From: Octopus vulgaris
Lineage: Eukaryota
Length of the DNA: 64,000 bases
Direction: 5' to 3'
Assembly: GCA_951406725.2 (NCBI GenBank)
Contig: OX597816.1
Location: 81,406,001-81,470,000 of the forward strand
The position numbers and the translations under genes were made by a program. Positions 39,593-51,846 of this stretch are shown piece after piece. The first letter of the stretch is position 1. Every line of letters begins with the position of its first letter. The notes under the pieces are model-generated. The model saw only the letters and a list, made by a program, of their open reading frames with translations. It was not told where the DNA came from and searched no databases.

Positions 39593-40110
39593 TGTCTCAC
39601 TTAGAAGGTGAAATTTATACCTGTCTCTCTAAGAAGGGAAAATTTATGTCTCATTTTGAAGGGAAAATTTATACCTGTCTTACTTAGAAGAGAAAATTTA
39701 TACCCGTCTAACTTTGAAGGTGAAGTTTATACCCGTCTAACTTTGAAGGTGAAGTTTATACCCGTCTGACTTTGAAGGTGAAGTTTATACCCGTCTGACT
39801 TTGAAGGTGAAGTTTATACCCGTCTGACTTTGAAGGTGAAATTTATACCCGTATAACTTTGAAGGTGAAGTTTATACCCGTCTAACTTTGAAGGTGAAGT
39901 TTATACCCGTCTGATTTTGAAGGTGAAATTTATACTCGTCTCACTTTGAAGATGAAATTTATACACATCTCGCTTGAAGGTGTAATTTATACCTATCTCA
40001 CTTTAAAGGTAAAATTTATATTAGTCTCACTTTGGGGGGGAAATTTATACCCATCTCACTTTGAAGCTGAAATTTATTTATACCCGTCTTACTATGAAAG
40101 TTAAATTCAA
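39593..40110. repeat. 29-bp minisatellite, about 17 copies
   Basis: Unit TTTGAAGGTGAAGTTTATACCCGTCTGAC, near-perfect at 39713-39930, degenerate at both edges. Confidence 0.92.
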
Positions 40111-40537
40111 GATTTCCCTGTGGTTTTAAATGTGTTTTGAACCAATCTGACCACGAAAACCGTGGGGATTCATGGTTCCTTAGGTAAATCATACCTCCAA
40201 AATGAAGCGGATCTAATGGTAAGAATTTACCGCCAAATCTCCTTCAATAAAAGATGAGGATCAAGTCTGATTTTTCGTTTTTGTTTCCACAATTTAATTT
40301 CTAGCAAAAGAAAAATACTTTCGAAATACAATGTTGTAATTCTTTGTTGAACACCTGTAATAAACTTTTACATTTCTGTGGTACTACCTTTCAATGTGTT
40401 TCACATTACAACGTGACGTCTCAGGCATCAGACATCTGTATGATTTTAGTCACAAATCGTACACTAATCAATTAGTAATATATGGCCTTGAACATATAAG
40501 TGGTGTCAAGGTGTTTTGAACTAATAATAATAATAAT

Positions 40538-41195
40538 GATTTCTTTTATTTGTCACTGGAGTGAGGATGAGGGGACAATGCAAAGACAGACATAAAGTGT
40601 AGGAGTTTACATGTAATGAAATAACAAAAAAAAGCATGTTTATATAGTAAGTGTTGACAGTATACAATAAAACAAAGGGAAACAAACATAGTATAACACA
40701 ATAAAAGAAAAAATGACAGAAAAAAGTAGGGATGATAGTGATGTTGTCCTCCAGTTACAGGAGAACCTCAAGGGATAATCGAAGAATCACACCAAGATCT
40801 CCCTGAACACCAAGGGCAAGTGCCCTCTCCAATTCCACTTTTCAGACTCACAGGTCAATACTTTGAGCGGTGCCATCCACTCATGCTATTTTCGCAACTT
40901 TCATGCACATTTCAATAAATTCATCGAGGACAGCACCTCCCTCTATACCTCACTTTCGGTTTCAAGTGAAACTTGAAAACGTTTATAAGAGCCCTACCAA
41001 AGAGGAATGTCTCTGTCTTCCTGCCTTTCAATCTCATCCACCAGACAACCTCTTTCGCCACAGCCACCAGGCAAAGGAAAACTGCTTTGCCCGCCTGATT
41101 ACAGGAGGGCGGCGGGACAATCATCACCATGGACTCAGCGGACAGACGAATCCGTCCCACATGCGACAGTAGCTTTTCAACATAACACCACAAGT
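40538..41195 (-). mobile_element. Tx1-like LINE 3' fragment
   Basis: YVEKLLSHVGRIRLSAESMVMIVPP..AVAKEVVWWMRLKG, homologous to the C-terminus of ORF 54453-56267. Confidence 0.8.
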
Positions 41196-41649
41196 CAGTA
41201 ATTCCCGGACACTGAACGAGTGCGTGTTTCGTCGCTCTGTTGCGTACCTTTCACGAACCCGTCTGACAGCACATCCGTGTCTGTACTGTTTATCTTGAAC
41301 TGGTAGCGCCCGTCGGTAGTTCTGTTACACCAAAGACACCTAGAAATTATCCATAGTAGTCCCAAACCGGAAAGTCCTCCGGAACAGACTAGCAAGTTTG
41401 TTTTCGCCGACGCTCAGAGACTCAGGACTGTTATCAACGATACAGGACTGTTATCAACTCTCCCAAAGCTTATCGATAGATAGGCACAGTTAGACTAACT
41501 TGCTCTGTGTACAATTGCAGGAAGTTAGAATCTTTAGTGGTTTCTCTCTCTGTCATTTTGTGAGTTGTATGCAAAGAAAAAATGTAAAAAAAAGGGACGA
41601 GAACATTAAACATACATACGCATATGCATCCACTTATACTCAAACTTAG

Positions 41650-42052
41650 TAACTCTTTTACTCTTTTATTTGTTTCAGTCATTTGGCTGTGGCCATGCTG
41701 GAGCACCGCCTTTAGTCGAGCAAATCGACCTCAGGACTTACTCTTTGTAAGCCTAGTACTTATTCTATCGGTCTCTTTTGCCGAACCGCTAAGTTACGGG
41801 GACATAAACACACCAGCATAGGTTGTCAAGCGATGTTGGGGGGGGGGGCGACAAACACAGACGCACAAACATATACACACACATACAAATATATACATAT
41901 ATACGACGGGCTTCTTTCAGTTTCCGTCTACCAAATCCACTCACAAGGCTTTGGTCGGCCCGAGGCTATAGTAGAAGACACTTGCCCAAGGTGCCACGCA
42001 GTGGGACTGAACCCGGAACCATGTGGTTCGTAAGCAAGCTACTTACCACACA
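41650..42052 (-). mobile_element. Full-length tRNA-derived SINE
   Basis: Head (reverse) tgtgtggtaagtagcttgct..ggttccgggttcagtccc; 3' ggcggtgctccagcatggccacagcc. Confidence 0.85.
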
Positions 42053-42188
42053 GTTACTAAGCGAACAAAATCTATAATACTTGTAAGAAGAGTAAATTAC
42101 TTATAGTATTTTTATGGGAATTTCTTTGAAAAATCCCTCTTTAACGTAAAGAATAAAGTGATGGCTTGAAAATGTTAGCGACTCAAAG

Positions 42189-42239
<51 letters not shown>

Positions 42240-42304
42240 AACAGACACACAGAAGACAAACAGACAGACAGATAGACAGACATACACACACACACACATG
42301 ACAC

Positions 42305-42412
42305 AGGTGCAGACGTGGCTCGGTGGTAAGAAATTTACTTCACAATCACATGGTTCCAGGTTCAGTCCCATTGCATGGAACCTTGTGTGTATGTGTGTAT
42401 GTGTGTGTGTGT

Positions 42413-42460
<48 letters not shown>

Positions 42461-42645
42461 GTTCCCCACCACCGCTTGACAACCATGATGGCTTGTTTAC
42501 ATTCCTGCAAACCAGCGGTTCGACAAAATAGACCGATAAAATGTACCAGGCTTTAAAAACAACCAGTACGTGGATTGATTCGTTCGACTAAAAGTTCATT
42601 GAGGCATGTTCCAGCATGGCCGTAGTCTAATGACTGAAACATGTA
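42305..42645 (+). mobile_element. tRNA-derived SINE with an internal (TG)n
   Basis: Same family as 38170 and 41650. Confidence 0.75.
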
Positions 42646-43078
42646 AAGCTTTCTACAAATATATAGTTTTTTGTTTTCTTATATTGTTTTTTTTTTGTAT
42701 AATTTTAATGTTATCTTCACTATTTTGTGAATATCTCTTCACACATACACACATACACACACACATGTTATATCTATCCGTCCATCTGACCCCAACCAGA
42801 TTGTATTGTCCCTTAATTATGTTGTCCCCTTGTGGGAAATAAAAAAATCACACATATATATCACACACGCACATACACGCACATACACATACGCATATAC
42901 ACAGAGACGCACACACTCACACGCACACACGCGCACATACACACACGCACACACGCACACACACACGCATATATCACATACGCACACACATACACACACA
43001 CATATATATCACACACGCACACACACACAGACGCACACACTCACACGCACATACACACACACATAACGCGCGCACACA

Positions 43079-43130
<52 letters not shown>

Positions 43131-43451
43131 GATATATGAAAGCGCATGGCCTAATGGCTAGGGCATTGCACGCAAGATCGTTGTTTCAATTACCAAACCA
43201 GCTGTGAGTTGTGTTCATGAGTAACATCACCACCACCACCACTACCGCCGCCGCCGCCGCAGTCATGACCCCATACGAATAACAAGAACAACAACAAGGC
43301 TTCGATGAAGGGAAAATGAGCAGTATAGCTGCAATTTGGTTGATTTCCCCCCTTGTTTATCAAGTAGCTTGGCTACTTCTGTCACCGCCATGAACATCGC
43401 CAAAAGTAATGGCTTCACCTTTGGCTTCGACAAATACGAACAACGACAGAA

Positions 43452-43486
43452 ACAGCAGCAGCAGCAGCAGCAGCAGCAGTAGCAGC

Positions 43487-43543
<57 letters not shown>
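43452..43543. repeat. (CAG)n(CAA)n compound triplet repeat
   Basis: Direct observation. Confidence 0.93.
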
Positions 43544-43544
<1 letters not shown>

Positions 43545-43559
43545 TGCGCAAACATGTGC

Positions 43560-44690
43560 AGTCCCGAACAGGTCTATTCGCAACAACACCAACCTTATGC
43601 GATACATCATAGAGAGAAACGGTTTCGATAGGGCTCTGATCAATTTGGATCAAACCAAAGCAATCTTTAGGTTCAACCATCGCTACTTGGAAACCGTCCC
43701 GAAAGTGGTTGGTTTCGGCTCCGTTTTCCGCGGTTGGACCGCTGCAATGCACAGTGGCACCTACTCGGTGGTCAGAGTAAACAGCCATCTGTCAGAATCG
43801 TTTCGTATCGCATGCTCGGTCCTTCAGTGCAGCCTACTGTCGCCTCTTCTATACGTAGTGGTTCTCAAACCACTGCTGCGGAAATTAGAACAGTTGAAGG
43901 GTATCCCTTTCGAACTGGGACACGAGGGGGCAGTGTCAGACAATGCCACCGGCATGGCATCGGACGCCTCTAAAGGAATATGAGTCGGTTGCAAGAGCTA
44001 ATGCCAACACTGACAAGTCGGTGGGCTTGCGGCTGGGCACTTGGAGGGGCAGGTTGATGCCATCAGACGGCGTCGTCGGACACTGGACTGACGGCCCAGT
44101 GAAACTGCTCGGGGTCTGGTTTCGTTCCGACTTCCAGGTAGATAAGAACTGGGACGAGGTGACGAACAGACTAACCACTCTTACCCAGAAATAGGATAAA
44201 AGGAAGCTATTCCTGAAAGGTGGGACATAGGTAGCAAATACCTATATTGCATCCGTCATCAACTATCGCCTGACCGTCGTGCTCTGCCTTGGTTACTCTT
44301 TCATCAGGTTGGAGCATCTCTTATTTAATTTCTTGTGGAAGGATGTACTACAATGGTCAGACGGTCAGTCTGCTGCCAGCACCCTCTGAGTAGCGGCTTA
44401 AGCATGCCGTGACTTCTGATGCGCAGACACGCGCTCAGGTTGTGCTACCTGCAATAATTTCTGGACGGTGAGTATGTTTGGGCTATGTTTGAGAGAACGT
44501 CTTTCTGCAGCTCGTCTCCTTGATGGAGCTGCAGTCCTAGGAGAAGAAAAGACCGGTACTGGGTGCCTGGTACCTAGAATGTCGTCAGGTGTTCACAGCC
44601 CTCTTCCTGTCAGGCAATGGGATCGGTGAACATTCCGCTTTCATAATCTGTAGAGGATTAGTTGCGGGAAATTGTGTCGATGTTCTTGGG
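43560..44690 (+). mobile_element. Degraded Tx1-like LINE RT fragment
   Basis: LINLDQTKA, LSPLLYV..LKPLLRKL, GLRLGTWR, GHWTDGPVKLLGVWF; homologous to 54500-55700. Confidence 0.85.
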
Positions 44691-44729
44691 GTTCGCTATT
44701 TAGACATTTATATACCTATATATATGTGT

Positions 44730-44850
44730 ATGTCATTATTCAGTTTTATTTCAAGATTTCTTGCTAATAGAGAAAAAGACCTGTTTCTAACCTAGATCCA
44801 AGGCTCCTTCATTGGAATTTCAACATCAACAACAGGCTATTTTTGTATGT
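44730..44850 (-). mobile_element. About 115-bp 3' terminal fragment of Dong-like family A
   Basis: Matches 4242-4355. Confidence 0.75.
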
Positions 44851-44869
44851 ATGTAAGTATGTTATGTCA

Positions 44870-45415
44870 GGTCACTTTCGAGTGCTACTGGTAGCATGTA
44901 ACCTAGTACAACCTGTTACATGGTCGGGTCGTTGGCGACTAAACCGGCAACCCCACCAAGCTTGCTTGGTGAGGGGGGTTTTTATTGGACACCCTGCGGG
45001 ATGAAAAACAAAACCCGTCAAAGGGCGGAGGAACTCTTGAGAGTCATCGGCCATCCAATAAATGTCTTAAGGCTGTATCATGCGCGGGGACATAGAAATA
45101 ATCGGACTGAATATTCGATCGCACGGTTAAACCATTGGGAGTGAAGGACTCCTAGCCTTTGTTAGGGCATCCTTTTAGGAGAAGGTAACTCAGGTAACTG
45201 GGATAACTCCGACATAAAACCTGCGGCTCAGTGGTTACCGATGATGTTAACTTGTTCTTTTCGGATTATGACTGCTGTTGCTTAGTGAGTGGGATTGACT
45301 CAGTGCACAGCCTTTCCCCACTTTAAAAAAATCTTCTTGCACAGGCATTGCACGATAACAACATTGATTAAGCTTTGCGCAATGGCCATACTCGATAACG
45401 AGGGAGCAGCCACCA
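44870..45415 (+). mobile_element. Non-coding, probably RTE-derived bipartite element
   Basis: No credible ORF; 3' end caatggccatactcgataacgagggagcagccaccat resembles the RTE ends at 8131-8170 and 62995-63031. Confidence 0.45.
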
Positions 45416-45473
45416 TGTATGTATGTATGTATGTATGTATGTATGTATGTATGTATGTATGTATGTATGTATG

Positions 45474-45580
45474 TATGTCATTATTCAGTTTTATTTCAAG
45501 ATTTCTTGGCAATAGAGAAAGAGCCAGTTTCTAACCTAGATCCAAGGCTCCTTCACTAGAATTTTAACATCAATAACATA
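45474..45580 (-). mobile_element. About 105-bp 3' terminal fragment of Dong-like family A within (TATG)n
   Basis: Matches 4242-4340 and 44730-44835. Confidence 0.75.
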
Positions 45581-45645
45581 TGTATGTATGTATTATGTAT
45601 GTATGTGTGTGTGCATATATATACATATATATATATGTGTGTGTG

Positions 45646-45711
<66 letters not shown>

Positions 45712-46938
45712 TGAAGGGAGAGAGAGCTAACGAACTACTCTGATACAAAGTAATCCATTTCGACTTATAGCAATCATTTATTTATTAGCCAGCCAATTGA
45801 GAGTTAAATATTTTGATTATGAACACAAGACACCAAATCTTATGATACGTCCATCGCTCCTTCCGCTGCCAGCTGAGCATCTTCGATAACTAAAGCTCAC
45901 TTCTATTTTGCATATATTTTTACAAACATTTTCCTTGGTACTGAAGCGAGTCAGGAAAGATCTATTTTGTCGTCGTGGCATAGTTCAGTTGTGCGGTGGC
46001 AGACTCCGGCCAATCAGGGTTGGAGGCGTATGAATTCAAACGGCAGTGATCTGCATTAGCAGTGAAGCTGCAGTTCAAGTCAATTCAAGATGAATAGACA
46101 GCCTTCAAGTAACATCTCTTCCTTTGACATGCCAACTCATTTGAATGATAACAGCTACAACTTTGCCTCAAAATGAGTGGGTACTTCTTGTTTTTATTAG
46201 CTTACAACGGCTTCCACATAATCCATTTGTGTAAAAAGTAAGTTATGAGATTTTCCGTCTCGCATACACATGCAGATTAGTCGTTGTTACTACTTGCCAG
46301 CACTCGCTTTATTTAAATAAAGTCTACAATGTTTCGTTGTAAATGAACTGCCTTCTGATATTCTTTATACACGCTTATCAAAAGCACACTGAAATGAACT
46401 CTCTCGTGACTGCTTTTCATACATTAAATCACAGAACACTCACGCTAAATTAGTGACCACACAACATTGATTAAACTATTATATTTTCAGGCATATAAGT
46501 CGACGTAGCATATAGTGTAAACATGTTGTGTAAACGTTCAACATCGTTACCATCTATCCAATTCTTGCTGCATTTAACATGGAATTTTTAGTCTTCCCTC
46601 CCTTCTGTGGTAGTAAATTTTAGTTTGAAAGATTCAATTTGTACACCGGGAAATACGGTACATTTTTTAAAATTCTATTTTAGATTTTTGCATTCAATAA
46701 ATTAATCTGCACTGAATTATTCGCATAAACACTATATATATCACAAAAAAGATGGTCCCTATATCTCAACAGGAGTATGTAATCCTGAGAATTCTACTGG
46801 CATGTTTTCACATCACTAAATGTTCAGAAATTTTGTTTCGTAAACCTTGTTTTAAAATACATTTTTAATTCCATGAGAATCATTGTCATACTGTATTTTA
46901 CCTCTTACAGATATCCTTTGCACCAAAACAGATCGACG

Positions 46939-48018
46939 ATGAATAAATCAGATTCTGAACGTTTGACTGCTTTTAACCAACAGGAAGTCGAAAAGCGCCT
47001 AGCTATTATTACTCTTTTATCCATTTTTATGATAATGGGTATTATTGGTAATAGTTTAATAGTCTACATTCATATTTGCAAATTAAATCGAACAGCATCC
47101 ACTTTGCTTATTATTTTCTTTGGCTGGAGTCAAATTTTTACCAGCGCGATATGTATACCAATGGATATTGTTTTTCTTCTTTATTCATATATTTTCACAA
47201 ATAGCTTTCTTTGTCGTATTATGCAGTCTACCATTTTTATGTCAGCTTTTGTATCAGGATTGATAATATTCACAATTGCTATAGATCGGTTTAAAAGAGT
47301 ATGCCGGCCGTTTGCAACACAATTTAATCGTAAGGATGTCAAGAAGCTCATCTGGTTAAACATTGTAATAACGACTATACCGATGACTGTCAACTTTTAT
47401 GTTTGTGGAATTAAAAAAATTCCCTTGTATAATAACTTAATCGGTCACATGTGCTCAATGTCAGATAAAGCAAATCCACGTGTGGTATACAGTTTCTTCA
47501 TTTTTATGCTAGTACTATGCGTGGTGTTAGTGCTGACGTTCATCATAATTTATTCTACAATATTTATGAAGCTGAGGGAATACAGTAAACGTAAGAGATT
47601 GTTGGCCTCCCTTCAACCGTCAATTTCAAAAGTTAGTGAAATAACCTCGTCGAGAGAGGAACATTTAGAACCAACGATAAGTAAAGATTCATTATTCCAA
47701 CCCATGCAACGCAGAAGATATTATATTGCCACAACCCGAATCACATTCAATATGTTTTGTATAACTCTTTCATGGTGTCTTACCTACATTCCTTATTTCA
47801 CAGTAACTTTCTTAACTACAAAAATAAATGTCAGAAGAGTCGGTTGGAAACCTACTGAGGACATATTTTATGAAATAGCTGATCATTCTTACTATATAAA
47901 CGCTGTCATCATTCCAATAATTTACGTAATCTTCAACCCACCTTTCAGGAGAGAAGTTATTACCCTCTTCAAACGATATATTTTGTGCACCATAAGTAAT
48001 AAACCAGACGAAAATTAG
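46939..48018 (+). CDS. Class A (rhodopsin-like) orphan GPCR, paralogue 3, about 359 aa, single coding exon
   Basis: 7TM; GN in TM1, LCRI (C3.25), IAIDRFKRVCRP, ECL2 HMCS, TYIP in TM6, IPIIY..FNPPFR; acceptor ttttacctcttacAG at 46910; tcgacgATG start (ORF-track Met at 46873 is probably intronic). Confidence 0.9.
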   Translation: MNKSDSERLTAFNQQEVEKRLAIITLLSIFMIMGIIGNSLIVYIHICKLNRTASTLLIIFFGWSQIFTSAICIPMDIVFLLYSYIFTNSFLCRIMQSTIFMSAFVSGLIIFTIAIDRFKRVCRPFATQFNRKDVKKLIWLNIVITTIPMTVNFYVCGIKKIPLYNNLIGHMCSMSDKANPRVVYSFFIFMLVLCVVLVLTFIIIYSTIFMKLREYSKRKRLLASLQPSISKVSEITSSREEHLEPTISKDSLFQPMQRRRYYIATTRITFNMFCITLSWCLTYIPYFTVTFLTTKINVRRVGWKPTEDIFYEIADHSYYINAVIIPIIYVIFNPPFRREVITLFKRYILCTISNKPDEN

Positions 48019-48214
48019 TGTATGCATTGTTGTTGTTTTGTAACCCCAGGTCAGTATAGACCGAGTAAAACCTATAGAAATTAATCGAAGAACTCAATGG
48101 GATCCACGGGTCAGTTGTCTAGTAGAAGATATTGTCTGTTCATTCATAAAATGCTTTATCCTTTAGGGTGCTATCAAATTACCCGGGGTGTAGCGTTCAC
48201 CTTTTATCTGTTTT

Positions 48215-48370
48215 CTTTTACTTGTTTCAGTCATTTAGGCGAATGAATTGAGCCTAGTATTTTTTCCGTAAGCCTGGCACTTATTCCGAACCGCTAGATA
48301 TGGGGACACACCAACACCAGTTGTCAAACGGCAGTGGAGGATAAGCACAGACGCAAACACACACACATAC
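48215..48370 (-). mobile_element. Degraded SINE 3' half
   Basis: tacttgtttcagtcattt..ccgaaccgcta..ggggac. Confidence 0.6.
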
Positions 48371-48539
48371 ACACACATATTTGTATTTATATATATATAT
48401 ATATATTGGCCTGCTCGCTTAGCCAGCGGGGTAGCATCATTTGAAGCGCATTGTGACCAGCGATGTGTAGCAACATCTGATAGCCTGATCGATCACGGTG
48501 ATCACAGTGATATATATATATACATACATATACATAGAA

Positions 48540-48930
48540 ATATCATTATTTCCAAATTTCTAATTCTCTCTAAAGGAGACTACGGCAGCGGTACTGAATA
48601 TTAATAGTTACCGCTAAGTGGTAGTCCAGAAAAACAGGACGAATGATGAGGTTGATTAGCTCCAAGAGGCCATCACCTCTAGCTAGCTGTGTGACACACA
48701 AACTGAGTCCATTATAACCTTATAGCAGGGGAGGTCAGCAGGTTCCCCTTGCTGGTCTGGCAACCACAGACTAGTTTCGAGGTGGTTGCCTCTTATCAAT
48801 GTGGAGTAGCCGAACCCAACAGGCGTCGCTGCAGACCGACAAACTAGAGGCGATGGCCTCTTCGAGCTAATCAACGGCAGCATTCGTTTATTTTTCTGAA
48901 CTGCCATGTTAGCTTAGCGATAACTATTAA
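48540..48930. mobile_element. (TA)n-flanked non-coding inverted-repeat element carrying a hammerhead
   Basis: 48601-48682 is an imperfect reverse complement of 48844-48930; distant homology to the 53787 element (ttagctcca.gaggccatc.cct, acacaaactg..tcca...taacctt). Confidence 0.75.
48764..48804 (-). ncRNA. Minimal type I hammerhead ribozyme, U3-A8 core variant
   Basis: ccaca-TTGATAA-gagg caacca cctc-GAAA-ctag-TC-tgtgg: perfect stems I and II, palindromic stem III, GUC triplet. Confidence 0.75.
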
Positions 48931-49124
48931 CATATATATATATTATGCACGTACGCTGCGAAATATATAATAAACCTTTACGTAAATAAATAACGTGATA
49001 TACACGAAGGGACGAACAAAAAGACAAACGGGTTATTCAAAGCCTTCATTCTTCAGTCAGAAACTGATCCCTCATCGCAGATTTCGGCTGTTTAATTCTG
49101 AGATCCGCTCTGAATCAGCCAGCC

Positions 49125-50333
49125 ACTATCCAACATTGGTGTCTCTGGAAAGTTACTGAAATGGATCAAGTGTTTCCTGACAGACAGATCTCAACATGTT
49201 GTAGTTGAAGGGATAAAATCAAGCCCAGCCAAAGTCAGTAGTGGCGTTCCGCAAGGCACTGTGCTGGGCCCACTTCTTTTCATCATCTACATTAATGACA
49301 TTAATGACATCATCAAGCACAGCAACATAAAAATCTTTGCAGATGATTCCAAGCTCCAGAAGGTCATAAATGAGGCGAGTGACCGGACATGCCTTCAGTC
49401 AGATCTACTGGCTGTTATCCAATGGGCAGAAAAAAACAATATGCTGCTGAACGAGGATAAATTTGAGTTAATCCACTTTGGAAAAGAGGATGCCCTGAAA
49501 CTCCCATACTCCCTTCCTTCAGGTGAAACTCTCGTGGCATCCAACAACATCAGAGACTTGGGAGTAATTGTGGACAACAACATAAGCTGGGCCACTCATA
49601 TAAAAACCAAAGTTGACATGGCCCGCAGAATGTGTTCCTGGATTCTCAGAACTTTCCAGTCGAGAGATATCCACACCATTATCTTTCTCTTCTCCACTTT
49701 TGCCCGACACCACCTTGAATACTGTTGTCCACTGTGATCTCCCCACACAAAACAAAGTATCATAAAAGTTGAAGCACCTCAAAGGGCAATCACAAAAAAG
49801 ATAGATGGCATGACAGGCCTCGACTATTGGGGTCGACTAGAAAAGCTAAAACTTTATTCTCTCCAACGTCGCCGTGAGCGCTGCATCATCTGCATGATGT
49901 GGAAAATATTCCATCAGCATTGCCCAAATGATGTTGGCATCACCTTTAAGGTATATCCAAGGCTTGGGCCCCGTGCCATCCGCCCAAAACAAAAATCGCA
50001 CTCAACAATACGACACAATTATTTCACCTCAATTGGCCCCGCTCTCTTTAACATTACACCAAAACACATTAAAACAGAAACAGACCCAATAGTGTTCAAG
50101 AAGTCTTTGGACAGATTCCTTCAAGAAATCCCGGATAAATCCCCTACACCCGGATATGTCTCTGTAAACAATAACTCTCTACTTGAGTGGGCCATAGTGC
50201 CCAAATTCTGACTTGAAAGACTTCACCAGGTGGTGCTATTAAGTTAGACATGGCCTGGGCCAATAATGGCCAAAACCTTTCTAAGTTATTCTAAGTTATA
50301 CTGGCCAAAACCTTTCTAAGTTATTCTAAGTTA
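49125..50333 (+). mobile_element. CR1/L2-like LINE, 5'-truncated RT plus 3' end
   Basis: SGVPQGTVLGPLLFIIYIND, IFADDSK, IRDLGVIVD, LEYCCPL, LYSLQRRRER; 3' terminal about 35 bp duplicated. Confidence 0.9.
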
Positions 50334-50340
50334 TATATAT

Positions 50341-50741
50341 ACTAGCAGTATCGCCCGGCGTTGCTCGGGTTTGTAAGGGAAATAACTATATAAGCATTTT
50401 TAGAGAGTTATAGCCAAAAAATAGCAAAAAAATGCATTAAAAATGGAAAAAAAATTAAAGTAAATTTTTTTTTAAATCGTTGACACATCGTAGATATTTT
50501 TAGAGAGTTACTTCCCTTATATAATAGCGAAAAAAAATGCATTAAAATGGAAAAATATGATGGTAAATTTTTTTTAAATCGTAGACTAATCGTAGATGCA
50601 CGCTAATACCCAGAAGGGCTCGATATGAATCACGACTATAAGATACCCGGTTTTGGTTACACTGCACCGCAAAATGTGGGAGTAGTTAGGAATCTAAATC
50701 GTAGGAGACAGACACACAACTTCACTTTTATATATAAAGAT
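50341..50741 (+). mobile_element. Helitron/Helentron-like non-autonomous element
   Basis: Same 34-nt 5' terminus as 25019; internal about 100-bp tandem duplication; ends caacttcacttttatatataaagat. Confidence 0.6.
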
Positions 50742-50917
50742 ATAAGCCACGTAGTTATATACACATACTTTGTTATATACACATTCTTAAAAGAAAATGT
50801 TATTTTGAACACAACATTTATAAAGAATAAAATATTTTTTGGTTTTTCTTTTAAACGGATGCATACATTTATTAATAACTATATATAAGTGTCGTCTGTT
50901 TATACATAAACACTGTT

Positions 50918-51786
50918 TCATACTGCAAGCTCGGCTCGCCAATTAATACTACCAAAATTTAACGACAGAAAGTAAAATAAAAACCAATTTACCTTTTCTG
51001 TATTGTTATAGCAATTCGACCGTCCGTGTGTCTTTGCAAATGTGTTGGAATGAGAAGTGAGTTGTGTTTTGGCGCCTTTTTTACTAATAACAAACACACA
51101 CGTGTTTGTATGTAGTTGTTTGAAACGTTTGTGTTTGTCACTGTCATATATGTATGTGTATGCGTGTGTGTGAGGAATGACACACACACACTCACGCACG
51201 CACACATGTACATCAATGCTTTCGGAGTGAAATGTTAAAATATTGAGTTTTCTCGAATTTTGTCTTAATTGGGGGTAAAATTGAAAGAAATTTTGTATGG
51301 CATGACCCAATGGAAGTACTTTGAAAAATCATGGGTAAACTCTAATTGAAGAAATTGTGTGAGGAGTAAATCGTTATGTATTTATTTGTTTCTGTTTGCT
51401 GTGTTTTTTTTTTAGTAGTGGTTTAAGGTACACTTCTCTCGTTTTATCGAAATAGTTTCACTTTAATCGTTGCAAACTTGCAAAGAGAAAGTCGTAGAAA
51501 TTAGAGTGATAGCGTGAGTGAATCAGATCGCTCCCTTTTTGTGTGTGTGTGTGTGCGTGTGCTATAGCCCACACTAAGAAAAGCACTTGACTCACACACC
51601 ACAATGTGAGTTTTCTCTAAATTTTGCTTAATTGGGGTTGAAATTTTAAAAACTGGACCTGGCACGACCCGATGCATTCTACTCTTAAAAATGCTAGGTA
51701 AATTGTAATTGAAGAAATCCTATATTGTAGATTTCTATAAGAGACAAAGGGAGGCAGATAAAATCTGCCTTTTATAATAAGAGATT
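50918..51786 (+). mobile_element. Probable Helitron-like element
   Basis: Internal repeat (51243-51355 vs 51607-51718); subterminal hairpin aggcagat-aaa-atctgcct followed by ...taataaagagat. Confidence 0.4.
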
Positions 51787-51846
51787 TATATATATACATA
51801 TATATATATGTATATATTCATTTACATATATATATATATATATATA

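Noticed and set aside
39593-40110. CRISPR-like 29-bp repeats
   Set aside because: Units are contiguous with no unique spacers, there are no cas genes, and the context is eukaryotic: a minisatellite.
43263-43788. Poly-Cys, poly-Leu and poly-Ser/Asn ORFs
   Set aside because: Translations of a (CAG)/(CAA) triplet repeat next to a Tx1 relic; no gene structure.
46873-46938. ORF-track N-terminal extension of GPCR3 (likewise 16749 for GPCR1)
   Set aside because: It spans a splice acceptor at 46910; the acceptor phase differs between paralogues, and the conserved tcgacgATG lies downstream.
49040-49120. ggctg..cagcc-GAAA hairpin on the minus strand next to TA-rich sequence
   Set aside because: The upstream core is absent (replaced by the LINE junction), so no ribozyme can be called.
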